DNA of 64,000 nt from Dehalococcoidia bacterium (GTDB taxonomy: Bacteria; Chloroflexota; Dehalococcoidia; UBA2979): NCBI GenBank assembly GCA_965262725.1, contig OZ253555.1, positions 1,024,001 through 1,088,000 on the forward strand, given 5' to 3'. This document shows positions 36,429-46,759 of this stretch, piece after piece. The first letter of the stretch is position 1. Every line of letters begins with the position of its first letter. The notes beneath the pieces are model-generated. The model had not been told where the DNA came from. It did not search any database and saw nothing but the letters and a program-made list of their open reading frames with translations. The translations under genes and the position numbers were made by a program.

Positions 36429-38217
36429 CAGCCGCGAGCTCCTGCTCGACGCGCTGAGACCGCCCCCGGGTCACTCCCTGGATCGCGCCGTCGCGACGAC
36501 GTACACGCTCGATCTCGAGACGGCTCTCATGGTCCCGCTCGCGTTCGCGGGCTTCCGGTTCGATGAAGAGCAGGATCCCGTTGAGGTCATGGAGGCCCTG
36601 CGCGAGATGGGCGGACGGGTCGACATCTTCTGTCAGGCAGGCGCCATCGCCGCCGGTAGGTGGCCGTCCGATCTAGTGGCGCTGCTCGAGAACGTCATCC
36701 GCGAGGTGGGGCGCCCGCGGCCGGGCCACATCTTCCACCCGAAGGTATGGGTGCTGCGGTTTCTCGATCGGTCGGAGGAGCCCTCCTACCGACTCCTCGT
36801 GCTCTCCCGGAACCTCACCGCCGATCGCAGCTGGGACACGATCCTCTGGCTCGACGGGCGGCCCGAGGGGCTGCCCGTCCCCGGCAATGCGCCGCTCGCG
36901 CAGTTCGTTGCCGCGCTTCCCGGGTTGACGCGGACGCGGTTGCCGCTCGACCGCCGGGCGGTCCTGAGGGAGCTCGCCGAGGAGCTCGGGCGGGTGCGCT
37001 GGGACCTGCCTCCGGGCGTTCGCGAGGTCCGCTTCCATCCCATCGGACTTCGGGGCTCGAGCCCGTTTCCGGCCGACGAGCACTACAGCGACCGCCGGGC
37101 GCTCGTGGTCTCGCCGTTCGTCCGGCGCGGCGCGATCCGGCGCCTCCTCCGGCCCGAGGCCGTCCGCCCGTCCGTCCTGATCTCTCGCGGCGAGGAGCTC
37201 GATGCACTCCCCGAGGGCGCGCTCGACGGCCTGGATGTCTACGAGCTCGATCCGGCGGCGAGCCTCTCCGACGATGACGCCGGCGAGGGGACGCGCCCGG
37301 CCTTCCTCACGCACCTGCACGCGAAACTCTTCGTCGTCGAGCGCGCCCGGCTCGCCCATCTCTTCGTCGGCTCGGCGAACGCGACGGACGCGGGCCTCGG
37401 CGGCAACATCGAGTTTCTCTGCGAGCTCGTCGGGCCAGTCGCGAAACTCGGGGTCGACGCGGTTGCCGGCGACGATGCGCCGTTTCGCGGCATGCTGACG
37501 CCGTACGTCGCCTCCGAGCGGCCGGCTGACGGCGAAGCCGTCGCGGCAGGGCGCGCGCTCGAGGGTCTGCTTCTCGACATCGCCACGCAGGTCCGCTTCC
37601 GCACCACCGTCACGAGACGGAGCGATGGATGGGTGTCGCGCATCACATCCGATGCGCCGCCCCCGCACATCCCCGACGGTACGAGCCTGACGATCGCCCC
37701 CCACAACCGCCCGGCCGAAACGCACGCGCTCACTCCCGTGGAGCCCGCCGACTTCGAGCTGCCTCCCCGGGACCTCGCGGACATCACTCCGTTCCTTCAG
37801 CTCACGGCGCGCCGGACGGTCGAGCGGGAGGTAGTGGAGCGCTCGGCCGTCATCTGCTCGCGGCTCGACGGTGCGCCGGACGACCGCTTCCAGGAGATCC
37901 TGGCCCGGCAGATCGACACGCCGGAGAAGTTCCTGCGGCTGCTCGCCCTGCTGATCGGCTTCGCCTCGGTGAGCAGCGGCGACGTCGGCGTGACGGGCGA
38001 TGGAGCCGCGAGCTGGTCGGCCGGCGCCGGGCAGGGCGTCCTCGAGCTGCTCGCGCGCGCCCTCTCCGAGAGGCCCGAGTCCATCGATCACCTGGAATCG
38101 ATTGTCGAGCACCTCCGCCGGTCGCCGAGCGGGAGAGGGGTCCTTCCTCCGGGCTGGGAGGACGTGTGGCAGCCGGCGCTCGAGGCGCGGCGCGCGATGC
38201 TGGCAGCCGGCTCGTGA
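36415..38217 (+). CDS. phospholipase-D-family nuclease, gene 2 of an Azaca-like operon
   Basis: Two HxK motifs: FHPKVW...SRNLT and LHAKLFV...GSANAT; ATG 36,415 overlaps the upstream gene. Confidence 0.85.
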   Translation: MLAPDSRELLLDALRPPPGHSLDRAVATTYTLDLETALMVPLAFAGFRFDEEQDPVEVMEALREMGGRVDIFCQAGAIAAGRWPSDLVALLENVIREVGRPRPGHIFHPKVWVLRFLDRSEEPSYRLLVLSRNLTADRSWDTILWLDGRPEGLPVPGNAPLAQFVAALPGLTRTRLPLDRRAVLRELAEELGRVRWDLPPGVREVRFHPIGLRGSSPFPADEHYSDRRALVVSPFVRRGAIRRLLRPEAVRPSVLISRGEELDALPEGALDGLDVYELDPAASLSDDDAGEGTRPAFLTHLHAKLFVVERARLAHLFVGSANATDAGLGGNIEFLCELVGPVAKLGVDAVAGDDAPFRGMLTPYVASERPADGEAVAAGRALEGLLLDIATQVRFRTTVTRRSDGWVSRITSDAPPPHIPDGTSLTIAPHNRPAETHALTPVEPADFELPPRDLADITPFLQLTARRTVEREVVERSAVICSRLDGAPDDRFQEILARQIDTPEKFLRLLALLIGFASVSSGDVGVTGDGAASWSAGAGQGVLELLARALSERPESIDHLESIVEHLRRSPSGRGVLPPGWEDVWQPALEARRAMLAAGS

Positions 38218-41200
38218 CGCGGGAGGCCCGGGAAGGCCGCGTGGCCGCTCTCAGCGACTTCCAGCGAGCGACCGCTCGGCACGCGTTCAGGCGCCTCTAT
38301 CTCGACGAGGACTCGTCGCGGCGCTTTCTGGTGGCCGATGAGACGGGGCTGGGCAAGACGCACGTCGCGAAGGAGGTCATCGCCCTCACCCTCGATCACC
38401 TGCAGCGGGTCGACCACGTGAAGCGCATCGACATCGTCTACGTGTGCTCCAACGCGGACATCGCCCGCCAGAACATCCGCAAGCTCACCATCACGGGTTC
38501 GGAGAGCCCGAGCTTCGCGACGCGGCTGAGCCTCTTGATCACGCAGCCGGACGTGCTGACGCCCGCACCCGGCAAGGGGAAGCCGGCGACCTTCGTCGCG
38601 TTCACGCCGGCCACGTCCTTCCAGTTCGGACTACAGATGGGGACGGCGCGGGAGCGGGCCGTGCTCTACGTGCTCCTGCGCGATCACCTGGGACTCCGGG
38701 GGGCACGGGCGACGGCGGCGGAGCGGATCTTCCAGGGAGGTGTGACCAATCGGCGCAGATTCATCGACTGGTACGTCGCGTCCGTGCGCGCACGGCGCTT
38801 CGAGCCCAGCATCCACCGGACGTTCCTTGAGGAGTTCGACGAGAGTCCCGAGCGGGCCTCGCTCGTCTCCCTGATCGGGGAGGTCGCCGGACGGCGGGCT
38901 CTGACCGGTGGCCAGCGCGGCGCGGCACGCGTGATCGTCGGCGCTTTGCGCCGGATGCTCGCACGCGCAGCCGTGCGTGCCCTCGAGCCGGATCTCGTCA
39001 TCCTGGACGAGTTCCAGCGCTTCCGGAATCTGCTCGACGTGAAGACCGGCGGCGAGGCGGCCGAGCTCGCCCACGATTTCTTCACGCAATCCGACGCGCA
39101 CGTGCTGTTGCTCTCGGCCACGCCGTACAAGCCGTTCACGTACGCGGAGGAGACCGCGGAGGGTGCCGGTCACTACGAGGACTTCCTGAAGACGCTGGAG
39201 TTCCTCGCCGCGTCCGAGGGGCCATTGGACGCCCTGCGCTCAGATCTCGACGCGCTCAGGCAGGCGGCGCTCTCGGGCGAGCCGACGGCCGCGATCCGGG
39301 ACCGCGTGCAGAACCGGCTGCGGAGGTGGATCGCTCGCACGGAGCGGCCCGCAGGCGCCCGGCGCACCACGACCCTCGACATGACCACGGGTTCGTTCGG
39401 TGTCCGGGCGGAGGACTTCTCGGGCTGGGTCGCCCTCAAGCGCGTCGCGGACGAGGTCCGGGGGCCGCTCAGCGTCGAGTACTGGAAGTCGTCCCCCTAC
39501 TTCCTCAACTTCCTGAGCGGCTATCGCGTGGGCGAGCGCGTGCGCGACCACATGAAGGTGCCGGATCGCCGGGCTCGCCTGATGCCGCTGTTCCGTGGCG
39601 CGCAGCGGATCGCGAGGTCCGACGTGGAGGGATTCCAGCCGCTCGAGTGGGCGAACGCTCGCATGCGCGCCCTGGCCGCGGAGACGCTGGAGCAGGGCTG
39701 GTGGCGATTGCTCTGGATGCCACCGTCCATTCCCTACCACTCGCTCGGCGGCCCGTACGAGTCGGTCGAGCCGGCCGCGATCACCAAGCAGCTCATCTTC
39801 TCCAGCTGGGTGGCCGCTCCCTCGGCCATCGCCTCCCTCCTGAGCTACGAGGTCCAGCGGCGCATCTTCGCGGGCTCCGGGCCGGCCGAGAACACGCCCG
39901 CGGCCCGGGCGGCAATCTCGAGCCGCCTCGACTACCGGACGGTGGATGAGCGGCCCGCCTCGATGTCGGTGCTCGCTCTGTTCTGGCCGCAGCCGGCGCT
40001 CGCCTCGCGCACCGACGCGCTCGACGCTGCTCGTGACCACACCGGGCCGCCGAGCGTGGAACGTCTGCTCGAATGGGCGCGCGGCCGCGTCGGGGCCCTC
40101 GTCGGCCCGGCCGGTGACGCGAGCTCCACGGCGAGCGCGGCCTGGTACTGGTTCGCGCCGGTGCGCGCCGAGCGGCGCGGCGCCCTCGCATCGGCGCTCC
40201 TCGCGGAGCCGCGGAGCATTCAGGCCGAGGCACTGGCGGGAGTCTCTCCCGAGCACGCGCCGGACGTGCCGCGTGCGCTGGACGCGCACGTCGAGCAGGT
40301 GTTCCGGGCCCTCGACGACTGGACGCCGGAGTCGGAGCGGCCGGCGGACCTGCTCGTGACGAGCGCGCTTCTCGGAGTGGGGGCCCCGGGGAACATCGCG
40401 TGGCGCGCGCTCAACCGGCTGCGGCGGGCGGACGACCGGGTCACCGAGCTGGGGCGGTGGCGTGCGGCGGCGATCCTTGCCTCCGGGCTGCGGAGCCTGT
40501 TCGCCCGGGCCGACGCGATGCGCCTCCTCGACAGCGTCTACGCGGGCTCGGGCGGTACGCGCGAGGACGACGGTGCGTACTGGCGCCGGGTCGCCCGCTA
40601 CTGCATCGACGGAGGACTCCAGGCCGTCCTCGACGAGTACGTCCACCACCTCGCCGGAGAATCAGGGGTCGACACGACAACCGATGAGGGGCTGATCTCG
40701 CTGGCCGCGACCGCGCGGCGCGCGATCGCCCTCAGGGAGTCGGTCTACCGCGCGACCGACATCGATCGCTTCGACGGCGAGGGAATCGCGTTCCCGAGCC
40801 GGTACGCGCTGCGGTTCGGCAGCACGCGCTACACCCAGGACGAAGCCAGGCTCCCCGAGGTCAGGGCTGCCTTCAACTCGCCGTTCTGGCCGTTCGTGCT
40901 CGCGACCACGTCGGTCGGCCAGGAGGGAATCGACTTCCACTGGTGGTGCCACTCGATCGTCCACTGGAACCTTCCCGCCAACCCCGTCGACTTCGAGCAG
41001 CGTGAGGGCCGGGTGGATCGCTACAAGGGTCACGCGATCCGCAAGAACGTCGCCGCCGCCCACCGATCGGCGGCCCTGGCTCCGGGAGTCACGGATCCCT
41101 GGATGGCGGTCTTCGACGCCGCCGCGGCAGAAGATGACCACGGCCTGGGCGACCTCACCCCCTGCTGGATATATCCGGGCGATGCCCGGCTCCAGCGGCG

Positions 41201-41405
41201 AATCATGGCGCTTCCCCTGAGTCGCGATGAGGAGCGATGGGCCCGGCTGCAGGAGTCGCTGGCGCTCTATCGACTGGCGTTCGGCCAGCCGAGGCAGGAG
41301 GACATGCTGGCCGCGCTACAGCGTCGCGGCATCGCCGGGCAGCCGGAGCGGATCGCCGACATCCGGATCGACCTCAGGCCGCCCGCTCCGCAAGCGATCC
41401 CCTGA
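38214..41405 (+). CDS. superfamily-2 helicase, gene 3 of an Azaca-like operon
   Basis: LVADETGLGKT, LDEFQ, LLSATP, FNSPFWP..LATTSVGQEGIDFH, QREGRVDR; GTGA overlap. Confidence 0.88.
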   Translation: MTREAREGRVAALSDFQRATARHAFRRLYLDEDSSRRFLVADETGLGKTHVAKEVIALTLDHLQRVDHVKRIDIVYVCSNADIARQNIRKLTITGSESPSFATRLSLLITQPDVLTPAPGKGKPATFVAFTPATSFQFGLQMGTARERAVLYVLLRDHLGLRGARATAAERIFQGGVTNRRRFIDWYVASVRARRFEPSIHRTFLEEFDESPERASLVSLIGEVAGRRALTGGQRGAARVIVGALRRMLARAAVRALEPDLVILDEFQRFRNLLDVKTGGEAAELAHDFFTQSDAHVLLLSATPYKPFTYAEETAEGAGHYEDFLKTLEFLAASEGPLDALRSDLDALRQAALSGEPTAAIRDRVQNRLRRWIARTERPAGARRTTTLDMTTGSFGVRAEDFSGWVALKRVADEVRGPLSVEYWKSSPYFLNFLSGYRVGERVRDHMKVPDRRARLMPLFRGAQRIARSDVEGFQPLEWANARMRALAAETLEQGWWRLLWMPPSIPYHSLGGPYESVEPAAITKQLIFSSWVAAPSAIASLLSYEVQRRIFAGSGPAENTPAARAAISSRLDYRTVDERPASMSVLALFWPQPALASRTDALDAARDHTGPPSVERLLEWARGRVGALVGPAGDASSTASAAWYWFAPVRAERRGALASALLAEPRSIQAEALAGVSPEHAPDVPRALDAHVEQVFRALDDWTPESERPADLLVTSALLGVGAPGNIAWRALNRLRRADDRVTELGRWRAAAILASGLRSLFARADAMRLLDSVYAGSGGTREDDGAYWRRVARYCIDGGLQAVLDEYVHHLAGESGVDTTTDEGLISLAATARRAIALRESVYRATDIDRFDGEGIAFPSRYALRFGSTRYTQDEARLPEVRAAFNSPFWPFVLATTSVGQEGIDFHWWCHSIVHWNLPANPVDFEQREGRVDRYKGHAIRKNVAAAHRSAALAPGVTDPWMAVFDAAAAEDDHGLGDLTPCWIYPGDARLQRRIMALPLSRDEERWARLQESLALYRLAFGQPRQEDMLAALQRRGIAGQPERIADIRIDLRPPAPQAIP

Positions 41406-41573
41406 GGGGCTGCGTCGCGCAGGGTCTGCCATGCGCGCCGGCGGCGTCGCGCGCGTGCTCGGCTGCACCGATCGAGCGGTCCCCGCGGTGCCGTGACGGG
41501 CGATTGCGCCTATCGTGAGGAGGACGCGTGGGAGTGTCAGTTCCGACAGCGCATCGGCACGAGGAATGCCACG

Positions 41574-41936
41574 ATGGCCGTCCTCGCAGAACTCCAACCC
41601 TCAGCCAGCGTCCGCGGCATCATCCCCGACGGCCTCGCCACGGTCGTGAACGTCGAGTGGTACGGCTCGGACGAGATGACGCAGCACCTCATCCGCCCGC
41701 TCGAGTCTGGCGCCGAGCAGGTGGCGGGCGAGTTCGCGGCGAAGTTCGGCAGCCATGCCGAAGCCGCGCGCGATCTCGCTTACCGCCTCTACGTCGTCAG
41801 CGAGCGTAAGCGCCGCGCCGCGGACGCCCTCGCGTATAACGGACTCGTGCAGTCGTGGCCCGAGATCGTGCGCATCGCCGGCGAGCAGTGGGCGACGACC
41901 GCCACTCAGGGTGCGCTCGAGCTCGATGGGGCGTAG
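41574..41936 (+). pseudogene. fusion relic: SNF2-helicase N-terminus joined to a DUF1156 methylase C-terminus
   Basis: L.ELQPSASVRGIIPDG..TVVNVEWYGSD joined to QHLIR.LE...ARDLAYRLY..SERK..A..ALAYN.LVQSWPEI. Confidence 0.65.
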
Positions 41937-41948
41937 GGGAGCCGGGAC

Positions 41949-42293
41949 GTGACCACCACCGACCGCGAGCGCGCAGCCGAGATCGACACCATCGTCGCGA
42001 CGATGGTGGAGCGTATCGCCGACCGGTTCGACCCGGAGCGCATCCTCCTCTTCGGCTCGCGGGCGCGGGGCGACGCAATGGACTGGAGCGACGTGGATCT
42101 GCTCGTCGTGATGCCCGACGGGACGGACCGGCGCGAGGCCGCGGTCGAGATGGGCGTCGCCGTGGGTGATCTGCCTATCGCCAAGGACATCGTCGTCACG
42201 ACGCCTGCCCACATCGCGCAGCGGGGACACGTCATCGGCACGGTGCTGCGGCCGGCGCTGCGCGATGGCAAGGTCCTCTATGAGCGGGCCTGA
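41949..42293 (+). CDS. minimal nucleotidyltransferase (MNT); the downstream HEPN partner is degraded
   Basis: ILLFGSRARGD...SDVDLLVV; overlapping ORF at 42,280 begins ..AHRRLRSAREDL then loses similarity. Confidence 0.88.
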   Translation: MTTTDRERAAEIDTIVATMVERIADRFDPERILLFGSRARGDAMDWSDVDLLVVMPDGTDRREAAVEMGVAVGDLPIAKDIVVTTPAHIAQRGHVIGTVLRPALRDGKVLYERA

Positions 42294-42621
42294 AGCCGCG
42301 CCGGAGGCGCACCGCCGGCTGCGCTCCGCAAGAGAGGACCTTGCACATGGTCCCGCATGGCGCTTGGCGACGATCCGCCCGTGGTGGGTCCTGCCTGCTT
42401 CACGGTTGGGCATGAGCACCTTGGCGCCCTTGCGTGTCCGCGAGAGCGCTGGGCGATGTCGTCGTGCCGCCACCGAACGAGCTTCACCGCCTCGCCGACC
42501 TGATCGAGGCCACGGAGGCCTCGCGCGACGCAGCCCTTGAGGCCGTGCGCGTGAGGCACGATGTCCTTCGGTACGCCACTATTGCCGCAGTCGCGGCGCC
42601 AGATGGCGGAGGGAGTTGGTG

Positions 42622-44154
42622 ATGTCCCTTACGACCAGCGAGCTCGAGACGAAGCTCTGGGGCGCGGCCGACATCCTCCGCGGCCAGATCGACTCCAGCG
42701 ACTACAAGAACTACATCTTCTCGATGCTCTTCCTGAAGCGCCTCTCCGACCGCTTCGCCGAGGAGGTGGCAAACGCCGTCGCCGCCGGCGTTGCCCGCGA
42801 GGTCGCCGATCATGACCCCGATGAGCACGAGTTCTTCGTCCCGCCCGAGGCCCGCTGGGGCGCCATCGTGCGCGAGTCGATGAACCTGGGCGAGGTGGTC
42901 AACCGCGCCAGCGCCGAAATCGAGGAGGCGAACGCCCCCCGCCTCGACGGCGTCCTGCACAACACCAACTGGAACGATGAGTCGAAGCTCGGCACCCCCG
43001 GCAGCCGCGACCGCATCATCGGCAGCCTGCTGCGTCACTTCGACGCCCTCGACCTGAGTGACGCCAACCTCACCCAGGAGGGCGAGCAGGGCGCCGTCAA
43101 CGTTCTCGGCGACGCCTACGAGTACCTCATCAGCAAGTTCGCCGACGACGCCGGCAAGAAGGGCGGCGAGTTCTACACGCCCCGCTCCGTCGTGCGCCTC
43201 ATCGTCGAGCTGCTGGAGCCGACCGAGGGGATGCGCATCTGCGACCCCACGGCCGGGTCCGCCGGCATGCTCATCTATGCCGCCCAGTACGTTGCGGAGC
43301 AGGGAGGCAACCCCCGCAACCTTGTCCTGCACGGCCAGGAGCGCAACCTCGGCACGCTCGCCATAGGCAAGCTGAACCTGCTCCTGCACGGCCTGCGCTC
43401 CGCCCGTTACGAGGGCGGCGACGTCATTGCCGAGCCTCAATTCCGCGACGAGCGCGGCTCCCTGTTCTCCTACGACCGCGTCGTCGCCAATCCCCCCTTC
43501 AGCCTGAAGGAGTGGGGACACGATTTCGCCCCCAACGACCCCCATCACCGCTTCGACCGCTACGGCGCGATCCCGCCCAGGACCAAGGGCGACCTCGCCT
43601 TCCTCCAGCACATGCTCGCCGTCACGAACCCCGAGGGGACGGTGGGAGTGGTGATGCCGCACGGGATCCTCTTCCGCGGCGGCGCCGAGGGGACCATCCG
43701 CAAGGGCATCGTCGAGGCCGACCTGTTCGAGGCGGTCATCGGGCTGGCGCCCAACCTCTTCTACGGCTCCAGTATCCCCGTGGCCGTCTGCATCCTGAAC
43801 AAGCGCAAGCTGTCCGAGCGCCGCGGCAAGGTGCTCTTCATCGATGCTGCCCAGCCCGACTACTTCCGCGCGGGCAAGGCCCAGAACTTCCTCGACGCCG
43901 TCCATGTGTCGAGCATCGTCGAGGCGTTCCGCTCCTACGCCGAGGTCGAGCGCTTCGCCCACGTGGCAGACCTGGAGGAGGTCGCCGCGAACGACTACAA
44001 CCTCAACATCAGCCGCTACGTCGACACGACCGAGCCCGTCGAGGTCTCGAGCGTCGAGGACGCCCTCGCGCAGCTCCGCGAGGCCGAGCGCAAGCGCGAC
44101 GAGGCGGCCGCCCACATGGGTGAGTTGCTGGCGGAGCTGGGCTATGGCTCCTAG
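42622..44154 (+). CDS. hsdM: type I R-M methyltransferase subunit
   Basis: LW.AADILRG, GEFYTP, DPTAGSAG, GQE, NPPF, PHGILFRG, YNLNI.RY. Confidence 0.96.
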   Translation: MSLTTSELETKLWGAADILRGQIDSSDYKNYIFSMLFLKRLSDRFAEEVANAVAAGVAREVADHDPDEHEFFVPPEARWGAIVRESMNLGEVVNRASAEIEEANAPRLDGVLHNTNWNDESKLGTPGSRDRIIGSLLRHFDALDLSDANLTQEGEQGAVNVLGDAYEYLISKFADDAGKKGGEFYTPRSVVRLIVELLEPTEGMRICDPTAGSAGMLIYAAQYVAEQGGNPRNLVLHGQERNLGTLAIGKLNLLLHGLRSARYEGGDVIAEPQFRDERGSLFSYDRVVANPPFSLKEWGHDFAPNDPHHRFDRYGAIPPRTKGDLAFLQHMLAVTNPEGTVGVVMPHGILFRGGAEGTIRKGIVEADLFEAVIGLAPNLFYGSSIPVAVCILNKRKLSERRGKVLFIDAAQPDYFRAGKAQNFLDAVHVSSIVEAFRSYAEVERFAHVADLEEVAANDYNLNISRYVDTTEPVEVSSVEDALAQLREAERKRDEAAAHMGELLAELGYGS

Positions 44155-44270
44155 ATCCATGCCGGTTGGGTGGCACCTCGTACTTCTGGGGGATGTCGCA
44201 AGGGTTGAGACGGGAGGCACACCGAGTCGATCCGAGCCGGCATGTTGGGGCGGACACGTCCCGAGGATGT
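44144..44270 (+). pseudogene. truncated hsdS N-terminus (TRD start)
   Basis: MP.GW..V.LGDVA....GGTPSR.....WGG.VP, then loss of similarity; overlaps the hsdM stop. Confidence 0.7.
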
Positions 44271-44381
44271 CGCTAGGTCGTCCGCCGAGTACGGCAACGA
44301 CACCCCCACGCTTTCGATGAGGTTCGAGCTTGCGGAGGTCGAGGTCCCGGCCCCGCAGGCCCCGCAGGCGGCGCAGGCGGG

Positions 44382-45659
44382 ATGGCCGTGACTGGCGGGA
44401 AACATCTCGCTTCTCTTCTTGCCTCAGCGCGTCCAGGCGTCTGGGGCAACGGTGATCCGACCCCAGAGGCTTCGATCGCCGTGCGCGTGGTGCGTAATGG
44501 CGATGTACCAGCGGACCGACGTATCCGCTGGCAGGAGCTCCCAGTCCGCTGGGTGAACGAGCGCGAACTGCGAGCCTCTGAGGTCTCTCCTAAAGACACA
44601 CTCTTGGTGTCTTCGGGTTACATCGGCAAGAGTGCCCGTCTGCCCAAGGAGGGCGTGCCCGAACCGGTAGTCGCTTCGAACTTTGTGCGAGTTGTGCGTC
44701 CGTCCGATGGAGTGGATCCAGAGTGGTTGTTCTGGCTCCTAGGGAGCAACGAGGCGCTGACCGCCATGAACAGGCATTCGGCGGGGACGAGCATTGTCAA
44801 TCTTCAAGCGAGCTTCTTCAGCCAGTGGGTGGTGCCTTTCCTCCCGCCCCTCCCCGAGCAGCGAGCCATCGCCGCCGTGCTCGACTCCATCGCAAAGGCG
44901 ATCGAGCGGACCGAGGAGGTCATCGCCGCCACCGAACGCCTCCGCGACGCCCTCCTCCACGAGCTCCTGACGCACGGCCTCCCCGGCCACCACACTGCCT
45001 GGCGCGACATCCCCGGCCTCGGCACCATTCCCGCCTGCTGGGAGCTGGTGCGGCTGGGGGATCTATGCAGGCGCATTACCAAGGGAACCACGCCAACGAC
45101 GCTGGGTCACGACTACGCGCCCTCAGGGGTGCGATTCCTACGCGTGGAGAACATCGCTGATGGGGTGGTCGCGGGGGGAAAGCAGCGCTTCATAACCGAA
45201 GAAACTCACCGGATGCTTTCCCGCTCTGTCCTGGAGGAAAACGATCTCCTGCTGAGTATTGCAGGTGCGCTGGGCCGCTCAGCATTGATCACAGGAGGGA
45301 TTCTCCCTGCGAATGTCAATCAAGCCCTCGCGATCATTCGACTGAACAGGGAGTTGCGTGCAACGCCAGGGTTCACGTCGCTCACACTCCGCGGTCTTTT
45401 TGTGCAGAGACAGGTAGAAGGCATGCGGGCGGAGCTCGCACAAGCGAACATCAACCTTCAACAGGTCGGCAGTCTGACGATGCCGCTTCCGCCCCTCCCC
45501 GAGCAGCGAGCCATCACCGCGACGCTCGACAGCGTCGACGCCGCCATCGAGCACGCGCGCGCAGAGCGCGCCGCCCTACAATCGTCGAAAGCATCCACCG
45601 CGGACGGGCTCCTGGCGGGTCGCGTTCGGGTACCTCTTGTGAACGATGGTCGTGCCTGA
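44382..45659 (+). CDS. hsdS: type I R-M specificity subunit
   Basis: Two TRDs, each followed by LPPLPEQRAI; central IP..WE.VRLGD. Confidence 0.9.
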   Translation: MAVTGGKHLASLLASARPGVWGNGDPTPEASIAVRVVRNGDVPADRRIRWQELPVRWVNERELRASEVSPKDTLLVSSGYIGKSARLPKEGVPEPVVASNFVRVVRPSDGVDPEWLFWLLGSNEALTAMNRHSAGTSIVNLQASFFSQWVVPFLPPLPEQRAIAAVLDSIAKAIERTEEVIAATERLRDALLHELLTHGLPGHHTAWRDIPGLGTIPACWELVRLGDLCRRITKGTTPTTLGHDYAPSGVRFLRVENIADGVVAGGKQRFITEETHRMLSRSVLEENDLLLSIAGALGRSALITGGILPANVNQALAIIRLNRELRATPGFTSLTLRGLFVQRQVEGMRAELAQANINLQQVGSLTMPLPPLPEQRAITATLDSVDAAIEHARAERAALQSSKASTADGLLAGRVRVPLVNDGRA

Positions 45660-46692
45660 ACTACCTTCACTCGACGAGGCGCTTGCCCAAGCCGACGGTA
45701 GTGCGAAGCGCCACGTATTGCTCGGCAACGGCTTCAGCATCGGTGCCCACGCAAAGTTTTCGTACGGGACACTGTATGAGCAGGCGAAGCAGGCGACCCT
45801 TCCAGACCATGTCATGGAGCTATTCGATTGTTTCGGAACAACGAACTTTGAACAGGTGATGCGCCAGCTCGACAATGCTCAGCGGCTCGCGGATCACTAC
45901 CGACTCGTGCCAACTGACGATGATCGCGACATGAGGAGCGATTATGAGGCATTAAAGGACGCCCTGGTCAGCGCGATCGCCGATACGCACCCTGCTGTTC
46001 CGGGCGAGGTTGGAGAGAACAAACTTTCGAGTTGCTCTGCATTTCTTGACCGATTCCACACCATTTTCACTACAAACTACGACTTGCTGCTCTACTGGGC
46101 TTCGGTCTCCCAATTTCAGGATGGCTTTGGAAGGGAGCAGGACACTCCTGAAGAGTATGTGGTTTTTCGGCAAGAGAGTGTTCGTGGTAAATTCATCTAC
46201 TTCCTTCACGGTGCTCTCCACCTAACAACTGCGGGTGGTGAGGTGAGAAAGTTTGTCTGGAGCACGACTGGCATACCTCTAATGCAGCAGGTGGAGGCCG
46301 CTCTCGATCAGAGACATTACCCCTTGGTTGTGTCCGAGGGTTCTCACACCGATAAGGCCATCCGAATTGAGGCTAGCAGCTATCTCTCCTGGGCGTTCCG
46401 CCGCTTCGAAAACATCCAAGGGACGCTGTTCACTTACGGTTCCGCGCTGTCGCATCAGGATCGACATCTCCTTGAAGCGATAGCTCGCAACCAACGCTTG
46501 AAGTCCCTTGTTGTGGGCGTCTATGGGGATCCAAGCTCGGAGCCGAACAGCGGATTGATGGCAACTGCGCAACGACTCCGCACTCGCAGGAAAGAACATC
46601 ATCCTGGGTCCCGTTCTGATCGCAGGCGTGGGCCCCATGAACTTGATGTTCGCTTCTATGATGCGGGGAGCGTCGCCGTCTGGGGTGCTTGA
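45646..46692 (+). CDS. DUF4917 (SIR2-like fold) protein inside the R-M operon
   Basis: LLGNGFSI, TTNYDLLLYW, DGF, YFLHGALH, PLVVSEG. Confidence 0.85.
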   Translation: MVVPELPSLDEALAQADGSAKRHVLLGNGFSIGAHAKFSYGTLYEQAKQATLPDHVMELFDCFGTTNFEQVMRQLDNAQRLADHYRLVPTDDDRDMRSDYEALKDALVSAIADTHPAVPGEVGENKLSSCSAFLDRFHTIFTTNYDLLLYWASVSQFQDGFGREQDTPEEYVVFRQESVRGKFIYFLHGALHLTTAGGEVRKFVWSTTGIPLMQQVEAALDQRHYPLVVSEGSHTDKAIRIEASSYLSWAFRRFENIQGTLFTYGSALSHQDRHLLEAIARNQRLKSLVVGVYGDPSSEPNSGLMATAQRLRTRRKEHHPGSRSDRRRGPHELDVRFYDAGSVAVWGA

Positions 46693-46759
46693 GACCTCAC
46701 AGCGCCTCTTGGGGACGCATGTTCTCGGGGCACCTGCGGCCACCTCGTACAATGACTCC

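Noticed and set aside
35752-38213. Long N-terminal extensions of the 821-aa PLD and 1,258-aa helicase ORFs
   Set aside because: They overlap upstream genes out of frame; coupled starts at 36,415 and 38,214 fit better
42484-44220. 578-aa minus-strand ORF, and similar long antisense ORFs such as 1983..3470, 36673..38112, 39240..40649, 48443..49660 and 52685..54325
   Set aside because: Antisense shadows of well-supported genes, with no motifs of their own
44349-44380. GCCCCGCAG short tandem repeat before hsdS as a phase-variation tract
   Set aside because: Only two perfect copies, upstream of the hsdS ORF and within GC-rich decayed sequence
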